From assembly GCA_011391125.1 (NCBI GenBank), contig JAABRE010000015.1:3700-67699 (forward strand): a DNA stretch of 64,000 bases, read 5' to 3'. Under the pieces are notes generated by a model, which was not told the DNA's origin, did not search any database, and saw only the letters and a list, made by a program, of their open reading frames with translations. This document shows positions 37,787-48,186 of the stretch, in pieces. The position numbers and the translations under genes were made by a program. Positions within the stretch are counted from its first letter, which is position 1. The number at the start of each line of letters is the position of its first letter. The DNA is from Synechococcales cyanobacterium S06. GTDB lineage: Bacteria > Cyanobacteriota > Cyanobacteriia > Cyanobacteriales > JAABRE01.

Positions 37787-38824
37787 GTGGATAATACTTT
37801 AGGTTTAGAAATTATTGAAGTAGTAGAATTAGCGGCGATCGCATCTTCAAAATGGATGGGTAAAGGCGAAAAAAACATCGCTGACGAAGTAGCTGTAGAA
37901 GCCATGCGCGAACGCATGAACAAAATCCACATGAGAGGTCGTATTGTCATTGGTGAAGGTGAAAGAGACGAAGCTCCCATGTTATACATTGGTGAAGAAG
38001 TCGGAATCTGTACCCGTGAAGATGCCAAAGCTTACTGTAACCCCGACGAATTAGTCGAAATCGACATCGCTGTTGACCCCTGCGAAGGTACTAACCTAGT
38101 AGCTTACGGTCAAAACGGTTCCATGGCAGTTTTGGCAATTTCCGAAAAAGGCGGTTTATTCGCAGCTCCTGATTTCTACATGAAAAAATTAGCCGCTCCT
38201 GCTGCTGCTAAAGGTCATGTTGATATTAACAAATCAGCTACCGAAAACCTCAAAATCTTATCTGACTGCTTAAATCGTTCCGTTGAAGAATTGGTTGTGG
38301 TAGTAATGGATCGCGAACGTCACACCGATTTAATCAAAGAAATCCGCGAAGCAGGTGCAAGAGTTCGTTTAATCAGCGATGGTGACGTTTCCGCCGCCAT
38401 TTCCTGTGCTTTCTCTGGTACAAATATTCATGCTCTTATGGGTATTGGTGCAGCTCCCGAAGGTGTTATTTCCGCAGCAGCCATGCGTTGTTTAGACGGT
38501 CACTTCCAAGGTCAATTAATCTATGATCCTGCTGTTGTTCAAACCGGTTTAATTGGCGAAAGCAGAGAAGGAAACCTCGCACGTTTAGCCGAAATGGGCA
38601 TCACTGACCCTGACAAAGTTTACAACGCTGATGAATTAGCTTCCGGTGAAACCGTACTTTTCGCAGCTTGTGGTATTACCCCCGGAACCTTAATGAACGG
38701 TGTTCGTTTCTTCCACGGTGGTGCAAGAACTCAAAGTCTGATCATTTCTTCCCAGTCAAAAACTGCTCGCTTTGTTGACACTGTCCACTTGCTTGATAAA
38801 CCCAAAGTTATTCAATTACATTAA
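37787..38824 (+). CDS. glpX: class II (GlpX-type) fructose-1,6-/sedoheptulose-1,7-bisphosphatase
   Basis: 345 aa. The GTG start gives [14 protein letters not shown]..., typical of the cyanobacterial dual FBP/SBPase. Confidence 0.9.
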   Translation: MDNTLGLEIIEVVELAAIASSKWMGKGEKNIADEVAVEAMRERMNKIHMRGRIVIGEGERDEAPMLYIGEEVGICTREDAKAYCNPDELVEIDIAVDPCEGTNLVAYGQNGSMAVLAISEKGGLFAAPDFYMKKLAAPAAAKGHVDINKSATENLKILSDCLNRSVEELVVVVMDRERHTDLIKEIREAGARVRLISDGDVSAAISCAFSGTNIHALMGIGAAPEGVISAAAMRCLDGHFQGQLIYDPAVVQTGLIGESREGNLARLAEMGITDPDKVYNADELASGETVLFAACGITPGTLMNGVRFFHGGARTQSLIISSQSKTARFVDTVHLLDKPKVIQLH

Positions 38825-38840
38825 GTAAGAGGTAAGATTT

Positions 38841-38867
38841 GGGTAGGGTGGGCCATGTCCACCCTAC
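38841..38867 (+). terminator. stem-loop downstream of glpX
   Basis: GGTAGGGTGG / CCACCCTACC form a 10-bp stem 17 nt after the stop, followed by ATTTCTT. Confidence 0.5.
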
Positions 38868-39019
38868 CATTTCTTAACAAAAGTTAAATAAGTTTAAAGA
38901 TTCTTTTCAAATTCTTTATTATTAATTAAGCACAAATCTTAGCCTTTATATATATATGTCACGGACAGCCCAGTGCTAGTCATCATTTAACATTCACCTT
39001 GGGAGAACACAGAAACAAA

Positions 39020-40306
39020 ATGAATATTGTAGTTGTTGGTCTATCTCACAAAACAGCACCAGTAGGAATTCGGGAAAAATTAAGCATTCCCGAAGGGAAA
39101 ATAGAAGCAGCGATTACTCAATTAAAAAGCTATCCTCATCTTGATGAAGTGGCGATCATTAGCACTTGTAACCGTCTGGAAATTTACGCTGTAGCCAAGG
39201 AAACCGAAACTGGAGTTCAGGCCATTGCCCAATTTCTCGCCGAATACGGCCACATTTACCTCCATGAATTGAGACGCTATTTGTTTGTCTTATTACGTCA
39301 AGATGCCCTACGTCATTTGATGCGCGTATCAGCAGGTTTAGAAAGCTTGGTTTTAGGAGAAGGTCAAATTTTGGCTCAGGTCAAAACTACCCACAAATTA
39401 GCACAAAAATATAAGGGTTTGGGGCGTTTATTGGATCGTCTCTTTAAGCAAGCGATGACGGCCGGTAAACGGGTTCGTACCGAGACTAATATTGGTACAG
39501 GAGCAGTGTCGATTAGTTCGGCGGCGGTGGAATTGGCTGACGCAAAAGTCGAGCATTTGGAAAATTATCGGATTAGCATTATTGGAGCGGGCAAAATGTC
39601 TCGCTTACTTGTGCAACATTTGGCCGCTAAAGGTTGTCAAAATATTGCCCTAGTCAATAGATCTCACACTAGGGCGCAGGAATTGGCCGATAAATTCCCC
39701 GAAGCAAAGTTGCAAATTCATCTGTTACCAGAAATGATGAATGTAATCGCCAATTCTGACTTGGTTTTTACTAGCACGGGAGCAACTGAACCGATTTTAA
39801 CTAAGGGCAATTTAGAAGCTGTTTTAAAACCCGATCAGGAATTAATGCTGATTGATATTTCTGTCCCCCTCAATGTAGCCACGGATGTTGCTACTATGCC
39901 CAATGTGGCTTCCTATAACGTCGATGACTTAAAAGCCGTGGTTGCTCAAAACCATGCTACCCGTCGCCAAATGGCCCAAGAAGCAGAAGCCTTGTTAGAA
40001 GAAGAGGTTGAAGCTTATGTCGTGTGGTGGCGATCGCTGGAAACTGTACCAACCATTAGCTCTTTACGCAATAAAATTGAGGACATTCGCGAACAGGAAT
40101 TGGAAAAAGCCTTATCCCGTTTAGGTTCGGAGTTTGCGGAAAAGCACCAAGAAGTAATCGAGGCTTTAACCAGAGGTATTGTCAACAAAATTTTACATGA
40201 ACCTATGGTACAATTAAGGGCGCAACAAGATATTGAAGCACGTCACCGTTGTCTGCAATCTTTGCAAATGTTGTTTGATTTAGAGATCGAAGAACAATAC
40301 AGTTAA
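39020..40306 (+). CDS. hemA: glutamyl-tRNA reductase
   Basis: [15 protein letters not shown], the catalytic-Cys context STCNRLEIY, and the NADPH motif IGAGKM. The ATG at 39020 is preferred over the TTG at 38999. Confidence 0.9.
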   Translation: MNIVVVGLSHKTAPVGIREKLSIPEGKIEAAITQLKSYPHLDEVAIISTCNRLEIYAVAKETETGVQAIAQFLAEYGHIYLHELRRYLFVLLRQDALRHLMRVSAGLESLVLGEGQILAQVKTTHKLAQKYKGLGRLLDRLFKQAMTAGKRVRTETNIGTGAVSISSAAVELADAKVEHLENYRISIIGAGKMSRLLVQHLAAKGCQNIALVNRSHTRAQELADKFPEAKLQIHLLPEMMNVIANSDLVFTSTGATEPILTKGNLEAVLKPDQELMLIDISVPLNVATDVATMPNVASYNVDDLKAVVAQNHATRRQMAQEAEALLEEEVEAYVVWWRSLETVPTISSLRNKIEDIREQELEKALSRLGSEFAEKHQEVIEALTRGIVNKILHEPMVQLRAQQDIEARHRCLQSLQMLFDLEIEEQYS

Positions 40307-40404
40307 TAGTTGATAGTTGATAGTTGATAGTTGACAGTTGATAGTTGATAGTTGATAGTTGATAGTTGACAGTTGATAGTTGACAGTTGATAGTTGACAG
40401 TTGA
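40301..40404. repeat. heptamer tandem array (AGTTGAT/AGTTGAC)n, about 15 units
   Basis: 7-nt periodicity. The hemA stop TAA (40304-40306) lies in the first unit. Confidence 0.9.
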
Positions 40405-40506
40405 TATAGCAATCCTAAATTAGTTGTAAAAAATTGTTTTCACCAAACCCTTACTGTAGAGACGTTGCATGCAACGTCTCTACACAACGAACATAGAACT
40501 GCTATA
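40405..40506. mobile_element. MITE, TATAGCAATCCTA-terminus family, inserted into the heptamer array
   Basis: The left terminus is TATAGCAATCCTA; the right terminus is degenerate (...AACTGCTATA). It contains the perfect 28-bp palindrome GTAGAGACGTTGCATGCAACGTCTCTAC (40456-40483). Removing the element plus one TA restores ...AGTTGATAGTTGATAG. Confidence 0.8.
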
Positions 40507-40627
40507 GTTGATAGTAAAAAAATTAATATCTAGTTACTAACTTCTATTAACTATTATTCATTATATTTCAGGTAAAATGTATTATAATTAATGACAAGAA
40601 AAGCTGTCTAAGGCCTCCTTCCCCCTC

Positions 40628-40682
40628 AGTTACCAGTTATCAATTGTTAACTGTTAACTGTTAACTGTTAACTGATAACTGA
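40628..40682. repeat. heptamer tandem array (AACTGTT/CAGTTAC variants)
   Basis: 7-nt periodicity. The array ends 1 nt before the ATG at 40684. Confidence 0.8.
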
Positions 40683-40683
40683 A

Positions 40684-43623
40684 ATGACACAATCTTTATT
40701 CTTTAAATTCGTTAAATTTATTTTAATTTTATTAGCTTTGTGGGTGGGTTTTACCATTATCACTAGGTTGATAGTTGAGAGTTTTTGGTTTCAAGAAGTT
40801 GGTTATTTTGATACTTTTTTATTACGTTTACAAACCAAAGTTGGCCTAGGGGCGATCGCTTCAATTATTTCCTTATTATTATTACTAATTAACCTAAATA
40901 TTGCGGATCAAAATAAGTGGAATTATCTCCCACAAAATCAACCAAAATCTAACCAACTTTTACCGCAAACACCTGTTTTAAAATTACCTTTATTATTATT
41001 AATAATTACAGTTTTTTCCTTTTTAAGTGGGTTAATGTTACTTTATTATGGTGAAATTGCCAGCGAATTAAAGCAGGTTGATTTTACTTTACCTAATATT
41101 ATCCCACCCCTACCTTCACCCTTTAAAGTAATTGCTTATTTTAGTAAAATTGCTCCCCAATTTTCTGAGAATATCTTTCATTTATCAGTATTAATAGCTA
41201 CCACAGTCTTTATTATTACTCAAGTTAAACTTACTACAAAAATTATTGCTGGAATTTTAAGTCTGCTTTCTGGTTTTATCTTATCAGCGAATTGGACCAG
41301 ATTTTTAGAATATTTTGCACCCACAGAATTTAATCAAACTGATCCTATTTTTGCCAAAGATATTAGTTTTTATATCTTTAAATTACCTTTTTGGCAATTA
41401 TTAGATTTCTGGTTAAGTGGTTTGTTTTTATCTGGTTTAATCTCCTGTTGTTTAATTTATTTATTATCAGCAAATAGCCTATCTGAAGGAAGATTTCCCG
41501 GATTTTCTACCCCACAATTGCGCCATATTTATATCTTAAGTGGTTTATTTATCTTAACCCTTTCCTTACGTCATTGGTTAACACGTTATGAATTGCTTAA
41601 TTCCCAACGAGGTGTGACTTATGGAGCAGGTTTTACCGATATCAAGATCGAATTACCCATCCAAACTAACTTAGCAATTATTGCTTTAATCATTGCAATT
41701 TGGTTAATTTTGAAAGCCATATTTCATGGTAAAAATAGATTTAGATTATTCCTTAAACAAGATAAATTAGTCCAAAAAACAACCCCTTTAATTGCCGGGG
41801 TTATGGTAATCTATTTATTCCTAACAATTATTGGTTTTTTCTCAAGTCTGCTCATTCAAAGAATTAGCGTTCAACCCAATGAATTGGCCAGGGAAAAACC
41901 CTATATTGAACGAAGTATCGCATATACTAGAAAAGCATTTGGTTTAGATAATATAGACGCAAAAACCTTTGATCCAGAAGATAAATTAACCATTGAAGAT
42001 ATACAAAAAAATTATCTTACTATTGAAAATATCCGTCTTTGGGATACCCGACCAATTTTACAAACTAATCGTCAATTGCAACAAATTAGACTTTATTATA
42101 AGTTTAATGATGCCGATATTGATCGTTATAATTTAACCCTGAAAAAACAGCAAAAGATCGTTACTGAGAAACAACAAATTATTATTGCAGCTCGAGAATT
42201 AGATTATACTGCTGTTCCTAAAGAAGCACAAACTTGGGTTAATGAACATTTAGTCTACACCCATGGTTATGGTTTTACCATGTCTCCAGTTAATCAAGTT
42301 GCTGAAGCCGGCTTGCCTGACTATTATGTTAAAGATATTGGTACAGATACCATAGCAGATCAAGAAGGAAGTTTAAACATTTCTAATAAGTTAATTTCTA
42401 ATACTATTCCCATAGGAAAACCCCGTATTTATTATGGTGAATTAACGAATAATTATATTTTAACAGGGACAAATACTTTGGAATTTGACTTTCCTAGCGG
42501 GGAAGAAAATGTTTATAATACCTATGATGGGAAAGGAGGAATTTCTATTAAAAATATTGGGCAAAGATTATTATTTGGAAGCTATTTGAGGGATTGGCGC
42601 ATTCTTTTTGCTCAAAATATTACTCCGGAAACTAAACTTTTATTCCGTCGTAATATTAACATGAGAATAAGGGCGATCGCTCCTTTTTTGCATTACGATA
42701 AAAACCCTTATTTAGTAATTGCTGATGGAAACGATACTAATATAAATGGCGAAAAAAATTATTTATATTGGGTGATTGATGCTTACACCACAACAGATCA
42801 TTATCCCTACTCTGATCCCGGAAATAACAGTTTTAATTATATTAGAAACTCCGTTAAAGTTGTTATTAATGCCTATAATGGTGACATAAATTTTTATATT
42901 TCTGATCAGAATGATCCCATTCTACAAACATGGGAAAAGTTATTTCCTAACCTATTTAAACCCATTGAAAAAATGCCTGCAAATATTTTCGCTCATATTC
43001 GTTATCCCACGGATTTATTTACCATCCAATCCGAACGTTTATTGTCTTATCACATGACAGACCCCCAAGTATTTTATAATCGCGAAGATCAATGGGAAAT
43101 TCCCCAAGAAATTTATGCCAATCAGTCTCAACCCATTGATCCCTATTATTTGATCATGAAATTACCCACTGCAAAATCCGAGGAATTTATCCTACTTCAC
43201 CCCTACACTCCCCGAAGTCGACCTAATTTAATTGCCTGGTTGGCGGGACGTTCAGATGGCGAAGAATATGGTAAATTACTGTTATATCAATTCCCGAAAC
43301 AAAAATTAATTTATGGTCCTGATCAAATTGAAGCTTTAATTAATCAAGACCCCGTTATTTCCCAACAAATATCCCTCTGGAATCGGGAAGGTAGTAGAGC
43401 AATTCAAGGTAATTTATTAGTCATTCCCATTGAACAATCTTTATTATATGTGGAACCTTTATATTTAGAAGCAGAAAGAAATAGTTTGCCTACTTTAGCT
43501 AGAGTTATTGTAGTATATGAAAATAAAATTATTATGGCCGATAATTTATCCGATGCTTTAACAGCAGTTTTTACTCCCAAAAAACAGGAAAATACTGCCA
43601 TTATTCGACCACTTGGTAGTTGA
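40684..43623 (+). CDS. UPF0182 family large membrane protein
   Basis: 979 aa. The N-terminal third is multi-TM, followed by a large soluble region. The VYTHGYGF and WLAGRSDG-type blocks resemble UPF0182. Confidence 0.75.
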   Translation: MTQSLFFKFVKFILILLALWVGFTIITRLIVESFWFQEVGYFDTFLLRLQTKVGLGAIASIISLLLLLINLNIADQNKWNYLPQNQPKSNQLLPQTPVLKLPLLLLIITVFSFLSGLMLLYYGEIASELKQVDFTLPNIIPPLPSPFKVIAYFSKIAPQFSENIFHLSVLIATTVFIITQVKLTTKIIAGILSLLSGFILSANWTRFLEYFAPTEFNQTDPIFAKDISFYIFKLPFWQLLDFWLSGLFLSGLISCCLIYLLSANSLSEGRFPGFSTPQLRHIYILSGLFILTLSLRHWLTRYELLNSQRGVTYGAGFTDIKIELPIQTNLAIIALIIAIWLILKAIFHGKNRFRLFLKQDKLVQKTTPLIAGVMVIYLFLTIIGFFSSLLIQRISVQPNELAREKPYIERSIAYTRKAFGLDNIDAKTFDPEDKLTIEDIQKNYLTIENIRLWDTRPILQTNRQLQQIRLYYKFNDADIDRYNLTLKKQQKIVTEKQQIIIAARELDYTAVPKEAQTWVNEHLVYTHGYGFTMSPVNQVAEAGLPDYYVKDIGTDTIADQEGSLNISNKLISNTIPIGKPRIYYGELTNNYILTGTNTLEFDFPSGEENVYNTYDGKGGISIKNIGQRLLFGSYLRDWRILFAQNITPETKLLFRRNINMRIRAIAPFLHYDKNPYLVIADGNDTNINGEKNYLYWVIDAYTTTDHYPYSDPGNNSFNYIRNSVKVVINAYNGDINFYISDQNDPILQTWEKLFPNLFKPIEKMPANIFAHIRYPTDLFTIQSERLLSYHMTDPQVFYNREDQWEIPQEIYANQSQPIDPYYLIMKLPTAKSEEFILLHPYTPRSRPNLIAWLAGRSDGEEYGKLLLYQFPKQKLIYGPDQIEALINQDPVISQQISLWNREGSRAIQGNLLVIPIEQSLLYVEPLYLEAERNSLPTLARVIVVYENKIIMADNLSDALTAVFTPKKQENTAIIRPLGS

Positions 43624-43667
43624 TAGTTGATAGTTGATAGTTGACAGTTGATAGTTGACAGTTGATC
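43618..43667. repeat. heptamer tandem array (AGTTGAT/AGTTGAC)n
   Basis: 7-nt periodicity. The stop TGA (43621-43623) of the upstream gene lies in the first unit. Confidence 0.9.
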
Positions 43668-43704
43668 AGTCTTTTCTTATTTATTACTTCCTACTTTTTA
43701 CTTC

Positions 43705-44361
43705 TTACTTCCTACTCCTTACTTCTTTTAAAGCTTCATCTCTAATCCTACAAGAATCACATAAACCACAAGGTTCTTCCCCTCCTTGATAACATGACCA
43801 AGTTAAATCAATGGGTACATTTAAGGCAATGGCTTTTTTAACAATCGCTACTTTAGAATCATGTATTAAAGGAGCAATTAATTGCGGGGTTTTACCTTCA
43901 ATTCCTATTTTGGATGACAAATTCGCGAGATTTTGATATGCTTGTAAATATTCTGGCCGACAGTCTGGATAACCCGAATAATCCACCGCATTTATTCCTA
44001 AATAGATCGCTTCCGCATTTTTTGCTTCTGCTAAAGAAAGGGCGATCGCCATAAAAACTGTGTTCCTTCCTGGAACATAAGTAGAAGGAATTTCGTTCGG
44101 TTTTACACCATCTTTGGGGAGATTTAAAGACAAGTCTGTTAAGGATGATCCCCCCCATTGCGCTAAATTTATATCTGTGATAAAATGCTCCGAAATTCCT
44201 AACATTTTCCCTATTTTTTGCGCTATTTCTAACTCTTTCGCGTGTCTCTGTCCATAACGAAATGATAAACCGATTACTTCATAACCCTCTTTTAGGGCGA
44301 TCGCCGCCACGGTTGAAGAATCAAGTCCGCCTGACATTAAAACTACTGCTTTTTTTCCCAT
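43705..44361 (-). CDS. queC: 7-cyano-7-deazaguanine synthase
   Basis: PP-loop [12 protein letters not shown] and the C-terminal zinc Cys cluster [15 protein letters not shown]. Confidence 0.9.
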   Translation of the reverse strand: MGKKAVVLMSGGLDSSTVAAIALKEGYEVIGLSFRYGQRHAKELEIAQKIGKMLGISEHFITDINLAQWGGSSLTDLSLNLPKDGVKPNEIPSTYVPGRNTVFMAIALSLAEAKNAEAIYLGINAVDYSGYPDCRPEYLQAYQNLANLSSKIGIEGKTPQLIAPLIHDSKVAIVKKAIALNVPIDLTWSCYQGGEEPCGLCDSCRIRDEALKEVRSRK

Positions 44362-44730
44362 AATTTTTATTAGTTAATTGTTAAGAATTGTTACAAACAC
44401 TTGACCCAGTCCCCCCAAATACTTTATCATATCATTAATTACAATAAGGGGTAAAAAAAATTGCGCAAAATTCCCAGCGCCGAGGTTAGCCGCAACTTTT
44501 TTAGGTCAGATGCTCGCTAATCATCTAGGCAGCGCCAAAATAATTTTTGTATCAAATTATACCATTTTCTGAAAATCGCCAAATAACCGCATTATAAACG
44601 AGATTTGAGAAATAACATTTGAGACCAAAAATAACTTTTAACCGCGATTAAACCCTATTTAAACTGCGTTTATCAAGAAATTTAATCTGTGTTAATCTTT
44701 TTTTTTAAGTCAGTAATTGATAATTATTAA

Positions 44731-45357
44731 TTATCTTACTCCTAGTAGTTTATGAGTTTGTAAACTAATTCGCCATTGGGGATTTTTTAACACATATTGA
44801 AAAATAATATTTTCACTTTCTTTGGTATTCCATTCTGGTTGCAAATATTTAATTGTTTCCGAAGGTACTAAAGCAGCTTGTTGTTCTGCCCAAATTAAAT
44901 CCTGCTCATTTTTAATCACAATTTTTAACTCATTTACCTGATCATAAATACTTTCATGGGGTATTTTAAACTGTTTAGGCGAAAAAGTCACCCAATCAAA
45001 AATACCCGTAAAAGGATGACTTCCAGATGTTTCTAAATGTAGTCTTTTTCCTAGTTTTTTAATCCCCTTAGTTAAGGGGTTTAAATTGTGCATTAAAGGT
45101 TCTCCCCCTGTGATAATAATTATCGCAGGATTCGCTATTTTTACCTGATTTACTAACTCTTTGATCTCAATTTGTGGGTGTCTTTTTACATTCCATGATT
45201 GTTTAGTGTCACACCAAGGACAACCCACATCACAACCTCCCAATCTGATAAAAAAAGCATTGACTCCGAACCAATATCCTTCCCCTTGAACGGAATGGAA
45301 TGTCTCTACGATGGGATAAGTTTGGGTTTCTGACCTAATTTGTGTTGCTTGTAACAT
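44731..45357 (-). CDS. queE: 7-carboxy-7-deazaguanine synthase (radical SAM)
   Basis: N-terminal FHSVQGEG and the radical-SAM cluster CDVGCPWC. 208 aa. Confidence 0.85.
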   Translation of the reverse strand: MLQATQIRSETQTYPIVETFHSVQGEGYWFGVNAFFIRLGGCDVGCPWCDTKQSWNVKRHPQIEIKELVNQVKIANPAIIIITGGEPLMHNLNPLTKGIKKLGKRLHLETSGSHPFTGIFDWVTFSPKQFKIPHESIYDQVNELKIVIKNEQDLIWAEQQAALVPSETIKYLQPEWNTKESENIIFQYVLKNPQWRISLQTHKLLGVR

Positions 45358-45521
45358 CTTTTTCTTTTGGCGATCGCAGTTAAGGTTTTATTTTACCATT
45401 TATTCGTCAATTATAAAGTTTTGTAACGTAAATCACACACTTTTTTTTTTACTGATCTACAATTAAGGTAAAGAAAAGGTTAACAAATAATTAACACGAT
45501 TTAATAAAAGAGGTTTTAACC

Positions 45522-45686
45522 ATGTTAGGATTAATTTTTCATCGAAAAGGCAGAAAAGATCAGGATCAACTCCTAGTTAAAGATACTGACAATACTTTTA
45601 ACTTTAAACCCGATCGACCACAATTAGTAGCACACTGGATCAAAAATGAACAAAATCAACTAAGTTGCGAATGGGTTTATGATTGA
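45522..45686 (+). CDS. possible 54-aa small ORF (below the ORF-track cutoff)
   Basis: ATG preceded by AGAGG. Translates to MLGLIFHRKGRKDQDQLLVKDTDNTFNFKPDRPQLVAHWIKNEQNQLSCEWVYD. No known family recognised. Confidence 0.25.
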   Translation: MLGLIFHRKGRKDQDQLLVKDTDNTFNFKPDRPQLVAHWIKNEQNQLSCEWVYD

Positions 45687-45698
45687 CTGATTCAATAC

Positions 45699-45729
45699 AA
45701 AAAAGTAGGCGTGAACAGCAATTCACGCC
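45699..45729 (-). terminator. Rho-independent terminator downstream of the IscB remnant
   Basis: Stem GGCGTGAA (45708-45715) / TTCACGCC (45722-45729). On the minus strand the hairpin is followed, after 3 nt (TAC), by a T6 run (plus-strand A6 at 45699-45704). Confidence 0.6.
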
Positions 45730-45766
45730 GTATCATCTGATCGCCAATAATAGGAGTTAAACAGAG

Positions 45767-46855
45767 TTAAATGGAGTTAAATTCATAGATATAACCATCT
45801 TGTTGATGTATGCAAGCAAACAAGGAGAGTTTTCCACCAATACGTTTCCCATTAACTCTAACTTCTAATCTTGTAGCTGATTGAATGACCATTTTTCCTG
45901 TATAAGAAACACCATCTTTAATAATAGTTGCTATATCTCCTGTTTTCCAACCCATGTTATATTTTTGACGTGGTTTTGAGATAGGAAATCCATATTTATT
46001 AATTCGACATAATCTCCTTGTACCTTGTCCTTTTGCTGTTATTATTAAGGGATTTTTTGTTAATAATTTTAAGGTAGTAATATCTCCCACACAAGCAGCA
46101 TCAATCCAATGAGTTTTTGGGAAGTTTAATTTAATACGATTAAATTTGGTTTTACCTCCACTACTGGTAATAAGTGGTAATCCCATTTCTTTTCAAGAAT
46201 TAAACAGTTGCCAACGAGTTGTATTAACCGCAGTAGCGTCTTTTAATGGTTGTTTTGCTTGTGTTTTAATTTGTTGTAGTAATTGTGGTTGATCACTTAA
46301 AAAGTGATCAATTAATTGACTACCTTTTTTCTGATTACAACCTTTACAAGCAAGGGTTAAATTAGAAATGCGATTACTACCTCCAAGGGATTTGGGTTTA
46401 ATATGTTCAATTTCTAAAGGAACATCTTTTTTACCACAATAAACGCAATTTCTACCCCATTTTTCTAATAAATATTCTCGAATTTCATAACCTTGTAATT
46501 CACCTCTTTCAGTTACCAGTGAACAGTTACCAGTGAACAGATAATTAATAGTTAATAACTGATAACTGATAACTGATAACTGATAACTGAAATGACCACG
46601 ATGTTTTAATTCTGCTCCCCAAATTACTTGATTATTAGAAACTAAAGCAACTCCTGTAGTTTTTGAACCAGGGTCGAGTTTTAATTCTATAGGTTGACTA
46701 ACAACATTGAGTTTTACTTCCTTGAGAATAATTGTAAATGGATAACGTCTAAAAACCGATGCTTTCCTTTGTTTTAATAGCTTTCGAGCTACACTAGGGT
46801 GAGTGGGTTGTAAAGGTGTTTTGTTGGCATCTAAAACAAAAACATAATTGCTCAT
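45767..46855 (-). pseudogene. iscB: decayed IscB-type RNA-guided nuclease (RuvC-HNH, IS200/IS605-associated OMEGA family)
   Basis: The N-terminus is PLMP-like (VFVLDANKTPLQPTHPSVARKLLKQRKA). RuvC-I is LDPGSKTTGVAL, HNH is CVYCGKKDVPLEIEHIKPKSLGGSNRISNLTLACKGCNQKKG, and RuvC-III is THWIDAACVG. An in-frame TGA lies at 46193-46195 (LFNS*KEMGLP). The segment between RuvC-I and HNH is replaced by heptamer-repeat-encoded SYQLSVISYQLLTINYLFTGNCSLV. Confidence 0.75.
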
Positions 46856-47080
46856 TTCTAAGAACTCCTAAAATAGGGTAAAGTTGGCCTCAACCATGTT
46901 ATCGAAGCTTGTTAGGTCAAAGACACTATCCTTGCGGACTGTTTAATCAGTGACGACAGAGCTTAAAGCTGGCAAAACTTTAAGGTGTCTTGACGAGCGA
47001 TAACTGCTCCCCTTTTTTGGGGGGTCTGGTTCACACCAATTGATTACGAATTACTCCGTTTCTTGGTGATCCCTACTTTT
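46856..47080 (-). ncRNA. candidate omega RNA / HEARO-type structured RNA upstream of iscB (5' boundary uncertain)
   Basis: Position and orientation are as expected for IscB omega RNAs. Hand-found pairings include a long-range stem between 46916-46926 and 46985-46994 (one bulge), a CCCC-T6-GGGG hairpin at 47009-47024, ACCAA...TTGGT at about 47036-47070, and nested AAAG...CTTT and CTGT...ACAG stems. Confidence 0.45.
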
Positions 47081-47155
47081 TTACATCAGAATTAAAAACT
47101 TAGTAAATCAATTCTTGTCCAGAAAATATCAATTTCTTTACTTTTTACCTGTTAG

Positions 47156-48022
47156 TTAAATGATTTTCATGCTTAAATCTAACCAAGGTGATCTAGTTAT
47201 GGGTGCACTGCTGGAAATATAGTCCACTCCGGTTTCGGCCACTTGACGAATATTTTCTAAAGTAATATTACCAGATGCTTCAATTTTGAGGTTTGGTTTT
47301 TTGTTTCTAATTAATTCCACAGCTTGAATCATCTCAGAAATACCCATATTATCTAACATAATAATATCCGCACCATTTTCTAAGGCCTGCAATACTTCGG
47401 CCAGATTACTGGTTTCGACTTCGATGGTTAAAGGATAGGGACTATGTTTTTTTATTCTGGCGATCGCCTCAGCAATACTACCCGCAGCTTTGATATGATT
47501 ATCTTTAATCATCACACCATCATCTAAACCGTAACGATGATTAATTGCACCTCCTACGTGAGTGGCATATTTTTCTAAGATTCTTAATCCAGGAGTAGTT
47601 TTGCGGGTATCAACTAATTTGCAGGGTAAATCAGCGATCGCCTGCACAAATTCAGCGGTAAGTGTGGCAATTCCCGATAAACTCATAGTTAGGTTTAATG
47701 CTACCCTTTCACCCATGAGTAAACTATTTAACGGTCCATGAAGATGGGCAATTACTGATCCTTTTTGACAAAATTGACCTTCCAAACCGAGGGTTTCAAA
47801 TTTAACTTGGTCGTCTAACATAGTAAAGACTCTTTGAGCAAGGGGAAGTCCAGCAATTACTCCTGATTCCTTGACAATCCAATCTGCTTCACCGTGATTT
47901 ACTTCAAAATCAGCAAAAAGATTTTGGGTAGTGCGATCGCCTCTTCCTAAATCTTCAAGTAACCAACTATGTAAAAGAGGATCAACTAAAATCCAGTGAG
48001 GAATTGTTCCAGTAATATTCAC
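47156..48022 (-). CDS. nadC: nicotinate-nucleotide pyrophosphorylase (quinolinate phosphoribosyltransferase)
   Basis: 288 aa with typical NadC blocks (TRKTTPGLR, HRYGLDDGVMIKDNH, IMLDNM). Confidence 0.9.
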   Translation of the reverse strand: MNITGTIPHWILVDPLLHSWLLEDLGRGDRTTQNLFADFEVNHGEADWIVKESGVIAGLPLAQRVFTMLDDQVKFETLGLEGQFCQKGSVIAHLHGPLNSLLMGERVALNLTMSLSGIATLTAEFVQAIADLPCKLVDTRKTTPGLRILEKYATHVGGAINHRYGLDDGVMIKDNHIKAAGSIAEAIARIKKHSPYPLTIEVETSNLAEVLQALENGADIIMLDNMGISEMIQAVELIRNKKPNLKIEASGNITLENIRQVAETGVDYISSSAPITRSPWLDLSMKII

Positions 48023-48186
48023 AAAAAAGCTCCTAAGATAGTTGGTAGTTGAGAGTGAATAATGAGCCGTTTTTATAACAACAATTAATTATCCACTGTC
48101 AACTAAAATAATTGTTAATTGTTAATTGTTAATTGTCAATTATTAACCGCTATCTTAAAGAAATCCTTTCGTTATGTATATGTATT

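Noticed and set aside
44362-44730. preQ1 riboswitch or other structured leader between queE and queC
   Set aside because: I read both strands and found only weak 3-5-bp stems. There is no match to the preQ1 aptamer pattern I remember. A plus-strand TTGACC-N17-TTATCA promoter-like pair at 44401-44429 has no obvious product.
46193-46195. The in-frame TGA in iscB as selenocysteine or programmed readthrough
   Set aside because: There is no SECIS-like hairpin immediately downstream. The gene also lacks the bridge-helix/RuvC-II segment, so pseudogenisation is the simpler explanation.
48133-48186. Upstream TTG-initiated extensions of the Crp-family gene (48133), hemA (38999) and the CobT-like gene (49695)
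   Set aside because: The extensions are hydrophobic or low-complexity, run through repeat DNA, and precede well-placed ATG codons that match conserved family N-termini.
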